Translations under genes and position numbers: made by a program
Part shown: positions 11,663 to 19,153 of the stretch, piece by piece
How the letters are laid out: each line of letters starts with the position of its first letter
Position numbering within the stretch: the stretch's first letter is position 1
The notes under the pieces: generated by a model
What the model was told of the DNA's origin: nothing
Seen by the model: the letters and a program-made list of their open reading frames with translations, nothing else
Database searches by the model: none
From: Candidatus Omnitrophota bacterium
Lineage (GTDB): Bacteria; Omnitrophota; Gorgyraeia; Gygaellales; Profunditerraquicolaceae
Length of the DNA stretch: 64,000 nt
Direction: 5' to 3'
NCBI GenBank assembly: GCA_028712175.1
Contig: JAQTQQ010000003.1
Location: 7,093 to 71,092, forward strand

Positions 11663-11824
11663 GGTCGATGGACTATGGACGATGGACGATAAGAAATTCA
11701 AAGGAGATTTTTATCGATGTTGAATCAATTAACCCACGGTTTTCTAAGACCTAAGACCCAAGAGCTAAGACCTAAAACGCTGGTTTGGATTTTTTATCGG
11801 CTATAGTCTATCGTCCATCGACTA
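11663..11824. repeat. intergenic palindromic element, copy D (outer arms + right-type inner array)
   Basis: The outer-left arm is ggtcgatggactatggacgatggacgata. The inner array (11744-11778) reads ctaagac ctaagac ccaagag ctaagac ctaaaac and is preceded by the conserved ggttttc junction. The outer-right arm ttatcggctatagtctatcgtccatcgacta is the reverse complement of the left arm type. Confidence 0.8.
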
Positions 11825-11843
11825 ATCTATTAAAGCTAATATT

Positions 11844-12626
11844 ATGAATATAATTGTCTGCATAAAACAGGTCCCTGAAACTACTGAAGTAAGGATTAAT
11901 CCGGAAACTAACACCCTTATACGCGAAGGGGTTAAATCAATCATTAACCCCTTTGATATGTATGCTATTGAAGAAGCGGTCCGTTTAAAAGAAAGATTTG
12001 GCGGAAAAGTCAGCGTAGTTACCATGGGGCCTCCTCAGGCAGACGGCGCTTTACGTGAGGCAATTTCAATGGGGGCTGATGAAGGGTACCTGGTTTGCGA
12101 CCGCGCTTTTGCCGGGAGCGATACCTGGGCAACCAGCTATACTTTAGCCGGGGCAATTAAAAAAATCGGTGCGTTTGACCTGGTTATCTGCGGTAAACAG
12201 GCTTCAGACGGGGATACTGCTCAAGTCGGCCCGGGAATTTCAACGCATTTAGATATCCCCCAGGTAACTTATGTAAAAAAAGTAGAAGAGGCCACCGATA
12301 AATATATGCGCGTAGAAAGAATGCTCGAGGAGGGTTATGAAATTATCGAAACGCCGCTTCCTACGCTTCTTACCGTAGTTAAGGAAATTAATGAGCCGAG
12401 GATTCCTTCTCTGAAAGGATTGATGCGCGCAAAATCAGCCAAGATCACAACATTTACCCAAAAAGAACTGAATTTAGACCCGCAGCAAATTGGTTTGTGC
12501 GGTTCACCTACCCAGGTGGTAAAAATATTTACTCCTGCCCCGAGATGCGGCGGACAGATGCTCACAGGAGAGATTCCTGATATTGCCAAGAAGTTGGCCG
12601 ATTTAATTAAAGACGAGGTTGTGTAA
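11844..12626 (+). CDS. etfB: electron transfer flavoprotein beta subunit
   Basis: 260 aa. Begins with the EtfB signature MNIIVCIKQVPET and has the conserved central VICGKQASDGDTAQVGP region. Confidence 0.9.
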   Translation: MNIIVCIKQVPETTEVRINPETNTLIREGVKSIINPFDMYAIEEAVRLKERFGGKVSVVTMGPPQADGALREAISMGADEGYLVCDRAFAGSDTWATSYTLAGAIKKIGAFDLVICGKQASDGDTAQVGPGISTHLDIPQVTYVKKVEEATDKYMRVERMLEEGYEIIETPLPTLLTVVKEINEPRIPSLKGLMRAKSAKITTFTQKELNLDPQQIGLCGSPTQVVKIFTPAPRCGGQMLTGEIPDIAKKLADLIKDEVV

Positions 12627-12629
12627 CTT

Positions 12630-13832
12630 ATGCCCATTTCAATTATAATAGAAAAATGTACCGGTTGCACCCTTTGCGTAAAGGCCTGTCCGTTTGACGC
12701 CATACGTATTATGGACAAAAAGGCTTTGATTGATTTAAATAAATGTACTCTTTGCGGCGCATGCAAGGATGTATGTAAATTTAAGGCGGTTTTACTGGAG
12801 AATGCTCCTCTTAAATGCGACCTGCCAGATATTAAAGATTATAAGGGGATATGGGTTTTTATCGAACAGAAGAATGGCCGAGTGCAGTCGGTTTCATATG
12901 AATTATTAGGCAAAGCGCAAGAACTTGCCAAGAAATTAAATTGCCAGGTAAGCGGTATTTTAATCGGGAATAAATTAGAAGATCAGCTGGATGAACTGGT
13001 TTTTTGTGGTGCGGATAATATTTATTTGGTTGAGGCTCCTCCTCTAGCGAATTTTCAAGACGAGCCGTATACTAACGTTTTAGTTGAGCTTGTTAAGAAA
13101 TATAAACCGGAGATTCTTCTCTGTGGAGCTACAAATATAGGCAGAAGCCTGATTTCGCGTGTTGCGATAAATATCAAAGCAGGCCTGACCGCAGATTGCA
13201 CGGGGTTGGATATAGATTGCGATAAAAAGATTTTATTGCAGACTCGCCCTGCTTTCGGCGGCAATATTATGGCTACAATTATCTCTCCGAATTACCGGCC
13301 GCAAATGGCAACCGTAAGGCATAAAGTTTTTGCCCCCATGGCTCCTGATAAAAAACGCAAAGGAAAAATTATTAAAGAAAGTTTTGATCCTTCACTTTAT
13401 ACCTCACGCACAAAATTGCTCGATATTATTGAAGAGATTGAGTCGACGGTAAACTTATCCGAAGCGGATATTATAGTCAGCGGCGGACGCGGGATGGGAG
13501 GGCCGGAGAATTTTAAGATATTAGAAGAGCTTGCCTGCGTTTTGGCTGCAGCGGTTGGTTCGTCGCGCGCGGCAGTGGATGCTGGTTGGATGCCTTATTC
13601 GCATCAGGTCGGGCAAACTGGGCGCACTGTGGCTCCTAAAATTTATTTTGCCTGCGGAATAAGCGGCCAGATTCAGCATCTTGTCGGGATGCAGTCTTCA
13701 AAGATTATCGTTGCCATAAACAAGGATCCTGAGGCTCCGATCTTTAAAGTGGCAACTTACGGAATTGTAGGAGATCTTTTTCAGATAGTCCCGGAGTTGA
13801 CCAAAACTTTTAAAGAAGTCTTACGCAGATAA
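12630..13832 (+). CDS. etfA: electron transfer flavoprotein alpha subunit with N-terminal 2x[4Fe-4S] ferredoxin domain
   Basis: 400 aa. The N-terminus carries CTGCTLCVKACP and CTLCGACKDVC cysteine motifs (a ferredoxin domain). It is followed by EtfA domains containing the FAD-binding SGQIQHLVGM motif. Confidence 0.85.
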   Translation: MPISIIIEKCTGCTLCVKACPFDAIRIMDKKALIDLNKCTLCGACKDVCKFKAVLLENAPLKCDLPDIKDYKGIWVFIEQKNGRVQSVSYELLGKAQELAKKLNCQVSGILIGNKLEDQLDELVFCGADNIYLVEAPPLANFQDEPYTNVLVELVKKYKPEILLCGATNIGRSLISRVAINIKAGLTADCTGLDIDCDKKILLQTRPAFGGNIMATIISPNYRPQMATVRHKVFAPMAPDKKRKGKIIKESFDPSLYTSRTKLLDIIEEIESTVNLSEADIIVSGGRGMGGPENFKILEELACVLAAAVGSSRAAVDAGWMPYSHQVGQTGRTVAPKIYFACGISGQIQHLVGMQSSKIIVAINKDPEAPIFKVATYGIVGDLFQIVPELTKTFKEVLRR

Positions 13833-13838
13833 AAGGCT

Positions 13839-14249
13839 ATGCTTAAAGTCAGGGAAAACCAGGCCTTCACTTTGGTTGAAGTTATGATAGTAGTAGGGGT
13901 CATAGCTTTGCTTGCCGCAGTTGCCATACCTAATTTAATTTCTATGAAAAGAACAGCTAATGAAGCTGCTGCTAAAGCCAACATACGCAGCATTGCTTCA
14001 GCGGCTGAAACTGCTTCGGTTTCTTTGGGGCATTATCCGACTACGGTAGCAGAGCTCCAAGGTTTTATAAGCTCTGCTACTGATTATTGTGCTGACCTTT
14101 CCGGGGGGCAATCCGCAATTCAGGGATATAATTATAGTTGTGTTATGGATATAACCGGCTATACTCTGGCTGCCTCTCCGGTAACTCCCGGAACAACCGG
14201 CAACATTACGTATACTGCTACTACTGGCGGGATTTTGACTCCATTATAA
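13839..14249 (+). CDS. prepilin-type N-terminal cleavage/methylation domain protein (type IV pilin / pseudopilin-like)
   Basis: The N-terminus QAFTLVEVMIVVGVIALLAAVAIPNL is a class III signal: Gly-Phe-Thr-Leu-(Val)-Glu followed by a hydrophobic helix. Confidence 0.8.
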   Translation: MLKVRENQAFTLVEVMIVVGVIALLAAVAIPNLISMKRTANEAAAKANIRSIASAAETASVSLGHYPTTVAELQGFISSATDYCADLSGGQSAIQGYNYSCVMDITGYTLAASPVTPGTTGNITYTATTGGILTPL

Positions 14250-14250
14250 A

Positions 14251-14285
14251 ATAGTCGATGGATCATAGTAGATAGTCGATAAAAA
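14251..14285. repeat. solo outer-arm module (atagtcgatggatcatagtagatagtcgataaaaa), copy E
   Basis: Same AGTCGAT/GGATCAT 7-mer type as the outer arms of copies A, D, F and G. It lies directly upstream of a Rho-independent terminator. Confidence 0.6.
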
Positions 14286-14300
14286 TTTCTATAACTGGCT

Positions 14301-14335
14301 GGGGCGCCTCTAATTAAAAGTGGCGTCCTTTTTTT
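14301..14335 (+). terminator. probable Rho-independent terminator downstream of pilin-like gene
   Basis: A GC-rich imperfect stem gggcgcc…ggcgtcc is followed by ttttttt. Confidence 0.45.
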
Positions 14336-14408
14336 GCATCTATTTGCATCTATTTACACCAAATTTATCCTAATTTCATACATATGTTAAAGAATGTAAA
14401 TATTTTCC

Positions 14409-14437
14409 TTGACAAAAACTTGCCTTTTACTTATAAT
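14409..14437 (+). promoter_or_regulatory. consensus sigma70-type promoter upstream of HTH gene/smc (TTGACA-17-TATAAT)
   Basis: TTGACA at 14409-14414, a 17-nt spacer, and TATAAT at 14432-14437. The tandem direct repeat tgcatctattt x2 lies upstream at about 14337-14360. Confidence 0.65.
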
Positions 14438-14444
14438 GCCAATC

Positions 14445-14624
14445 ATGATTAATAGTAATTTGATGACCATTGAAGATCTGGCAGATTATTTGAAAGTTAC
14501 TCGCCGGACTATTTACGATTGGTTAAAACATAATAAGATTCCTGCGCTAAAGCTTGTCGGGCAGTGGCGCTTTAAGAAAGAGAAAATTGACGATTGGCTT
14601 GAAGGCCAATCACAACAACATTAG
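14445..14624 (+). CDS. small helix-turn-helix DNA-binding protein, excisionase/MerR-type HTH family
   Basis: The motif LKVTRRTIYDWLKHNKIPALKLVGQWRFKKEKIDDWL is a typical excisionase-family HTH_17 signature. The start is uncertain. The ATG at 14445 sits 8 nt after the -10 box, so the mRNA may be leaderless. An in-frame ATG at 14463 is also possible. Confidence 0.65.
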   Translation: MINSNLMTIEDLADYLKVTRRTIYDWLKHNKIPALKLVGQWRFKKEKIDDWLEGQSQQH

Positions 14625-14662
14625 AGCCTGTTAATTTACAGGCTACAGAGACAGGAGAGATT

Positions 14663-17600
14663 ATGTATTTTAAAAGATTAGAGCTGGTCGGTTTTAAGTC
14701 GTTCTGCGATAAAACAATACTTAATTTCGAACCGGGCGTTACAGCTGTAGTCGGCCCAAATGGCTGCGGAAAATCCAATATATTTGATTCTATCCGCTGG
14801 GTGCTTGGAGAGCAGTCCGCGAAATCCCTGCGTGGCTCTGAAATGCTTGATGTTATTTTTAATGGCACGGATAACAAGGAGCCATTAAGCATGGCAGAGG
14901 TAAGCCTTACCTTTGACAATACCAGCCGTTTCTTTAATGTGGATACGCCGGAAGTTTTAATTACCCGCAGGCTCTTTAGGAGCGGTGAAAGCGAGTACAT
15001 GCTTAATAAAGCCGTAGTCCGGCTTAAGGATATTTTGGACCTATTGTTAGGTACGGGAATAGGAGCTGAAAGCTATTCTATTATTGCACAGGGTAAAATC
15101 GATTTAGTATTAAGCAGCCGGCCTGAAGACCGCAGGGTTGTTTTTGATGAGGCAAGCGGGATAAGTAAATATAAGGCCCAGAAGAGAGAAACCTCAAGAA
15201 GGCTTGAGGAAACAGAGCAGAACCTCCTGCGCGTTAATGATATTGTTACCGAGGTAAAACGCCAGATCGGTTCGCTTGAGCGTCAAGCGCAACGCGCCCG
15301 GCGCTATAAAGAAATCTTTGAAGAATTGAAACTGAAAGAAACAGATTTGGCCGCTATTGATAAAAAGAACCTGCTTGAAGAAAAAAGCGAAGTAAAGCGG
15401 CAGCTGGAGGGTTTAGGAAAAGACGAAACGGCTTTAGTTGAGCTTATCAGGCAGCAGGAAGAAAAAATTGCCAATCGCCAGACGGAATTAAAAGCCCTGG
15501 AAGAGTCCATGATGGCAGAGCGCAGCCAGATACTTGAATTAGAAAATAGCCTTATACGCAACAACGAACACATTGATTTTAACCAGAAGCGTATCGCCGA
15601 ATTAATCCAGAATAATCAAGTTTTAGAGGGCCAGATTGGCCAGGTAAGGGTTAAGCTTGCGCAACAGGAAGATAAATTAAAGCAGGTACGCGATGAATAT
15701 GCAAACTTAAAGCAAAATATTGACAGTAAACAGGTTGTCCTGGCGCAAAAAGAAGGCGAGATCAATAAGCTCGGCATTTGTATAAAGAATTCTCTTGAGG
15801 TTATTGCAGAAAGCAAAAGGATGATTTTAGATTTAGAAACACAGGTATCTAAAACTAATAATGAAATCGGAGAATATAATTCAAGGCTTCAGGTTTTTCT
15901 TGCGCGCAAGAAAAGGCTCGAGATAGAAAAGGCAAAGGTTTATGAGGAGAAAGCAATTACGGAAGACGCTTTAGGGAAAATTACGCAGGAGTTGGAAGGG
16001 GTCCGGGAACTGGTTAATGAATTCAGGCAGAAAATCGCGAATGTAAAGTTAAGCCTTGAAAAGGAAGGCCTGAATTTAGATACGATTAATAAAGAGATTG
16101 TTGATCTCGGTAATGAGAAGCTAACTTTAGTCTCGCATAAGGAATTTCTTGAAACATTAAAGAACAAATATGACGATATCGGCGAGTCGCTGGATGCGGT
16201 GATTTATCTGGATAAAACGCCAAAGGATAGTTTAACGGGGTTGGTAGTAAAAATCCAGAATCAAGAGCCATCAGGCGAAGGAGCCTTGAAGATAACTGGT
16301 GAGGCTAAACCCATTGAATTAAATACCCAAAAGATTGATGAGAAGATTCTAAAGCTGGAAGAAAACCTCGGTGAATTGAGAAATAAACTGGTATTGCGCC
16401 AGGTGGCAATTGCGGAATTAAATAAAATGTCCGTTGAATTAGGCGGCCAGCTTCGCAGCCATGAGATTACTTTAGCGAACAAAGAATCAAGCTATTCCTC
16501 GATAAGTGAGCAGTTTAATAAAATTAAAGAGGAAGAGGATGTTATTGTAATGGAGCTTTCCGATGTGGAGCGTGAGATTGCTACGATTGGCCAAAATTTA
16601 TCCACTGCCCAGATGCAGCTTTCCAGCCTTAAGAGCCAAGAGAGGCAAAGGCAGGATTTAATTGGCCAAGAAGAGGACGCTATTTCAAAAAACAGCAAGG
16701 CCCGCGAAGAGGTCTTAGTTTTAATTACCCAGACTAAAACCGAGATTGAAGCTTTACACAGGCGTTTTAGTTCAGACGAGCAAACCCTTAAGATCTTAGA
16801 GCAAAGTTACGCGCATGATAAGGATGGTTTAGAAAACATTATTAGGCAAATCAATGAGTCGGAAGTGCGCAGGGACAAGCTGGGAGCTGAAATTGTCGAG
16901 GCGGAAAAGACAATAAAGGGGGCAGAGTCTCAGATTACCTTAAAGAAAGGAATTCTTGCCCAGGTCCAGCTTAAATATGACGAAGTTTCAGGCGGCACAA
17001 TCGGGGTAGTTAAGAATATTGAAGCTGACCGCAAAAAGCTGGATGCGGTGAAGAAACGGCTTTATGATCTGGCCATGCTCGATAAGGACTTGGATTATCG
17101 TTATACGGCAATCAGAGAAAGAATCTCTTCTGCCTATAAAATTGATTTAGATCTTCTGCATGATCCTGATAAAGAGATAGACTATCAGGCAGCCTCCGGT
17201 GAAGTAGCCGAGTATAAGAGAAAGCTGGATTCTTACGGAACGGTTAATTTAGTCGCTATTGAGGAGTATGATGAATTAAAGAAACGCTATGATTTCCTCT
17301 TGCAGCAGCAAAATGACCTTTTGAGCGCCAAAGATTCATTGCATCAGGCAATTTTAAAAATTAACCGTACGACAAAGCAGATGTTTATGGAAACATTCGA
17401 AAAAGTAAAAGTAGAGTTTAAGAATTATTTCCGGCTGCTTTTTAATGGGGGTGATGCCCAGCTTTTCTTGCTTGATGAAAATGACCCGCTGGAGTCGGGT
17501 ATTGAGATTATCTGCCGGCCTCCGGGGAAGAAGCTGCAGAATGTGCTCTTATTGAGCGGAGGCGAGAAAACCATGTCGGCAATCGCGTTGATTTTTGCTA

Positions 17601-17869
17601 TTTTTAAAGTTAAACCTTCGCCGTTTTGCATCCTGGATGAGATTGATGCTGCTCTTGATGAGGCTAATGTAGACAGGTTCGCAAGGGTGCTGCAGGAATT
17701 TGCCAAAAATTCACAGTTTATCGTTATTACCCATAATAAAAAGACCATTGTTAATGCGAATATCATGTACGGCATTACCATGGAGCAGTCAGGGGTTTCT
17801 AAGATTGTTTCGGTAAAATTATCGCAAGATAAGGAAACGCAAAAACAGGAAATTCCGGTTGCAGCTTAA
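14663..17869 (+). CDS. smc: chromosome segregation protein SMC (hinge region unusually short)
   Basis: 1068 aa. The N-terminal Walker A head is FKSF..AVVGPNGCGKSNIFDSIRWVLGEQSAKSLRG. The C-terminal head carries the ABC signature LSGGEKTMSAIALIFAIF and Walker B ILDEIDAALDE. Long coiled-coil arms lie between the heads. Confidence 0.9.
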   Translation: MYFKRLELVGFKSFCDKTILNFEPGVTAVVGPNGCGKSNIFDSIRWVLGEQSAKSLRGSEMLDVIFNGTDNKEPLSMAEVSLTFDNTSRFFNVDTPEVLITRRLFRSGESEYMLNKAVVRLKDILDLLLGTGIGAESYSIIAQGKIDLVLSSRPEDRRVVFDEASGISKYKAQKRETSRRLEETEQNLLRVNDIVTEVKRQIGSLERQAQRARRYKEIFEELKLKETDLAAIDKKNLLEEKSEVKRQLEGLGKDETALVELIRQQEEKIANRQTELKALEESMMAERSQILELENSLIRNNEHIDFNQKRIAELIQNNQVLEGQIGQVRVKLAQQEDKLKQVRDEYANLKQNIDSKQVVLAQKEGEINKLGICIKNSLEVIAESKRMILDLETQVSKTNNEIGEYNSRLQVFLARKKRLEIEKAKVYEEKAITEDALGKITQELEGVRELVNEFRQKIANVKLSLEKEGLNLDTINKEIVDLGNEKLTLVSHKEFLETLKNKYDDIGESLDAVIYLDKTPKDSLTGLVVKIQNQEPSGEGALKITGEAKPIELNTQKIDEKILKLEENLGELRNKLVLRQVAIAELNKMSVELGGQLRSHEITLANKESSYSSISEQFNKIKEEEDVIVMELSDVEREIATIGQNLSTAQMQLSSLKSQERQRQDLIGQEEDAISKNSKAREEVLVLITQTKTEIEALHRRFSSDEQTLKILEQSYAHDKDGLENIIRQINESEVRRDKLGAEIVEAEKTIKGAESQITLKKGILAQVQLKYDEVSGGTIGVVKNIEADRKKLDAVKKRLYDLAMLDKDLDYRYTAIRERISSAYKIDLDLLHDPDKEIDYQAASGEVAEYKRKLDSYGTVNLVAIEEYDELKKRYDFLLQQQNDLLSAKDSLHQAILKINRTTKQMFMETFEKVKVEFKNYFRLLFNGGDAQLFLLDENDPLESGIEIICRPPGKKLQNVLLLSGGEKTMSAIALIFAIFKVKPSPFCILDEIDAALDEANVDRFARVLQEFAKNSQFIVITHNKKTIVNANIMYGITMEQSGVSKIVSVKLSQDKETQKQEIPVAA

Positions 17870-17870
17870 G

Positions 17871-19052
17871 TCAGCAGCAGGTATTATTCTTTCCTTTATT
17901 TTTGGCTTGATAAAGAGATTTGTCCGAAGAGGTAACCAGGTCCGCGGCAAGTTGTCCATCCTCAGGGAAAGTAGCCATCCCCAAGCTTACCGTCAGTGTT
18001 TTATTCGGGAAAATATTTTCATTCAAGAAAGGGTATTTTTGAATATCTATTCTTATGCGCTCAGCGATTAAGAATGCTTCTTTTTTATCGGTATTAGGCA
18101 GGATGACCGTAAATTCTTCTCCGCCATAACGGCAGACAAAATCCATCTTGCGCGATTGGTTGCGTAAGAGCGTAGCCAAATCTTTCAGTATTTTGTCCCC
18201 GGCTTGATGCCCGAGAGTATCATTATAAATTTTAAAATCATCGATATCTAACATTATTAAAGTAAGCGGTTTTTTGCCGGCTTTAGCTTTTTCTAATTCT
18301 GCCTGCAGGAGTGATTGAAAATATCCGTGGTTCCACAGGCAGGTCAGGTAGTCCGAATGTGTGCGCTCCTCAGTTAATTCAAAAAGACGGGAATTTTCAA
18401 TTGCAAGGCCTGCCTGGTTAGCAAGCATAGTGAGCATGCGGATGCTGTCTTTAGTGATCGGGTCATTGGTAATGAAGTTATCGGCTACTACAATTCCGTT
18501 TACCTTGTCCTTTGCCTTTAGCGGTATAAGAACGATTTCGTTGCTTTTTAACATTTGTATTACCGGAGAATGACGGTATTTTTGGATAGCCGGCACAGTC
18601 AAATGCAGAGGCATGCCTTCTAATACTGCTAAAGAAAGCGGATTTTCTTCTTTGTCAAGCATGGGAACCTTTAAATTCCTGACCTGGCGGTTAAAGCCGG
18701 ATTCTAATATAAAATCGGAGTTTTTGAAAACATTAATCAGGTCTTCAAGTCCCATTTTTTCTTCTTCAATCTTAGTCCAGGCCACGTTAGCTTCTTCGCC
18801 ATTTTCAGGGCCTATGCCCATTTTGCCTTCGATTATTTTTTCCTTGTCGTTTACCAGAAAAAGCATGGCACGGTTAAACCCCAGCCCTGTATGCGCAGTT
18901 ACGCCGGTGAGGATGATATAAAGTATTTCATCCAGTTTTAAAGTTGTGCGCATGGCGTTAGAGATCTCAAGGAGTATTCTTAATTCTATTTTTGCGCGTT
19001 CAAGCTCGGTTTTTAGCTTATTTAATTCTTCCATAATGGTTAAATCTATCAC
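17871..19052 (-). CDS. GAF domain-containing diguanylate cyclase (GGDEF)
   Basis: 393 aa with an N-terminal GAF-like domain. The C-terminal GGDEF domain has the active-site motif RYGGEEF. This is the only minus-strand CDS in the window. Confidence 0.85.
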   Translation of the reverse strand: MIDLTIMEELNKLKTELERAKIELRILLEISNAMRTTLKLDEILYIILTGVTAHTGLGFNRAMLFLVNDKEKIIEGKMGIGPENGEEANVAWTKIEEEKMGLEDLINVFKNSDFILESGFNRQVRNLKVPMLDKEENPLSLAVLEGMPLHLTVPAIQKYRHSPVIQMLKSNEIVLIPLKAKDKVNGIVVADNFITNDPITKDSIRMLTMLANQAGLAIENSRLFELTEERTHSDYLTCLWNHGYFQSLLQAELEKAKAGKKPLTLIMLDIDDFKIYNDTLGHQAGDKILKDLATLLRNQSRKMDFVCRYGGEEFTVILPNTDKKEAFLIAERIRIDIQKYPFLNENIFPNKTLTVSLGMATFPEDGQLAADLVTSSDKSLYQAKNKGKNNTCC

Positions 19053-19153
19053 ATTTTACCGATAATGTCAAGAAAGGGCAGAGTTTAAAATTTCTTGACT
19101 AATAAGTGGTTTAAGCTATTATGGGATAAGCAATCATAAATAATACTATTTTT

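Noticed and set aside
14290-14400. Possible small RNA or riboswitch in the 14290-14408 gap upstream of the HTH gene
   Set aside because: Apart from the terminator hairpin and the tandem tgcatctattt repeat, I could not recognise any riboswitch consensus. I kept it as a promoter/operator region only.
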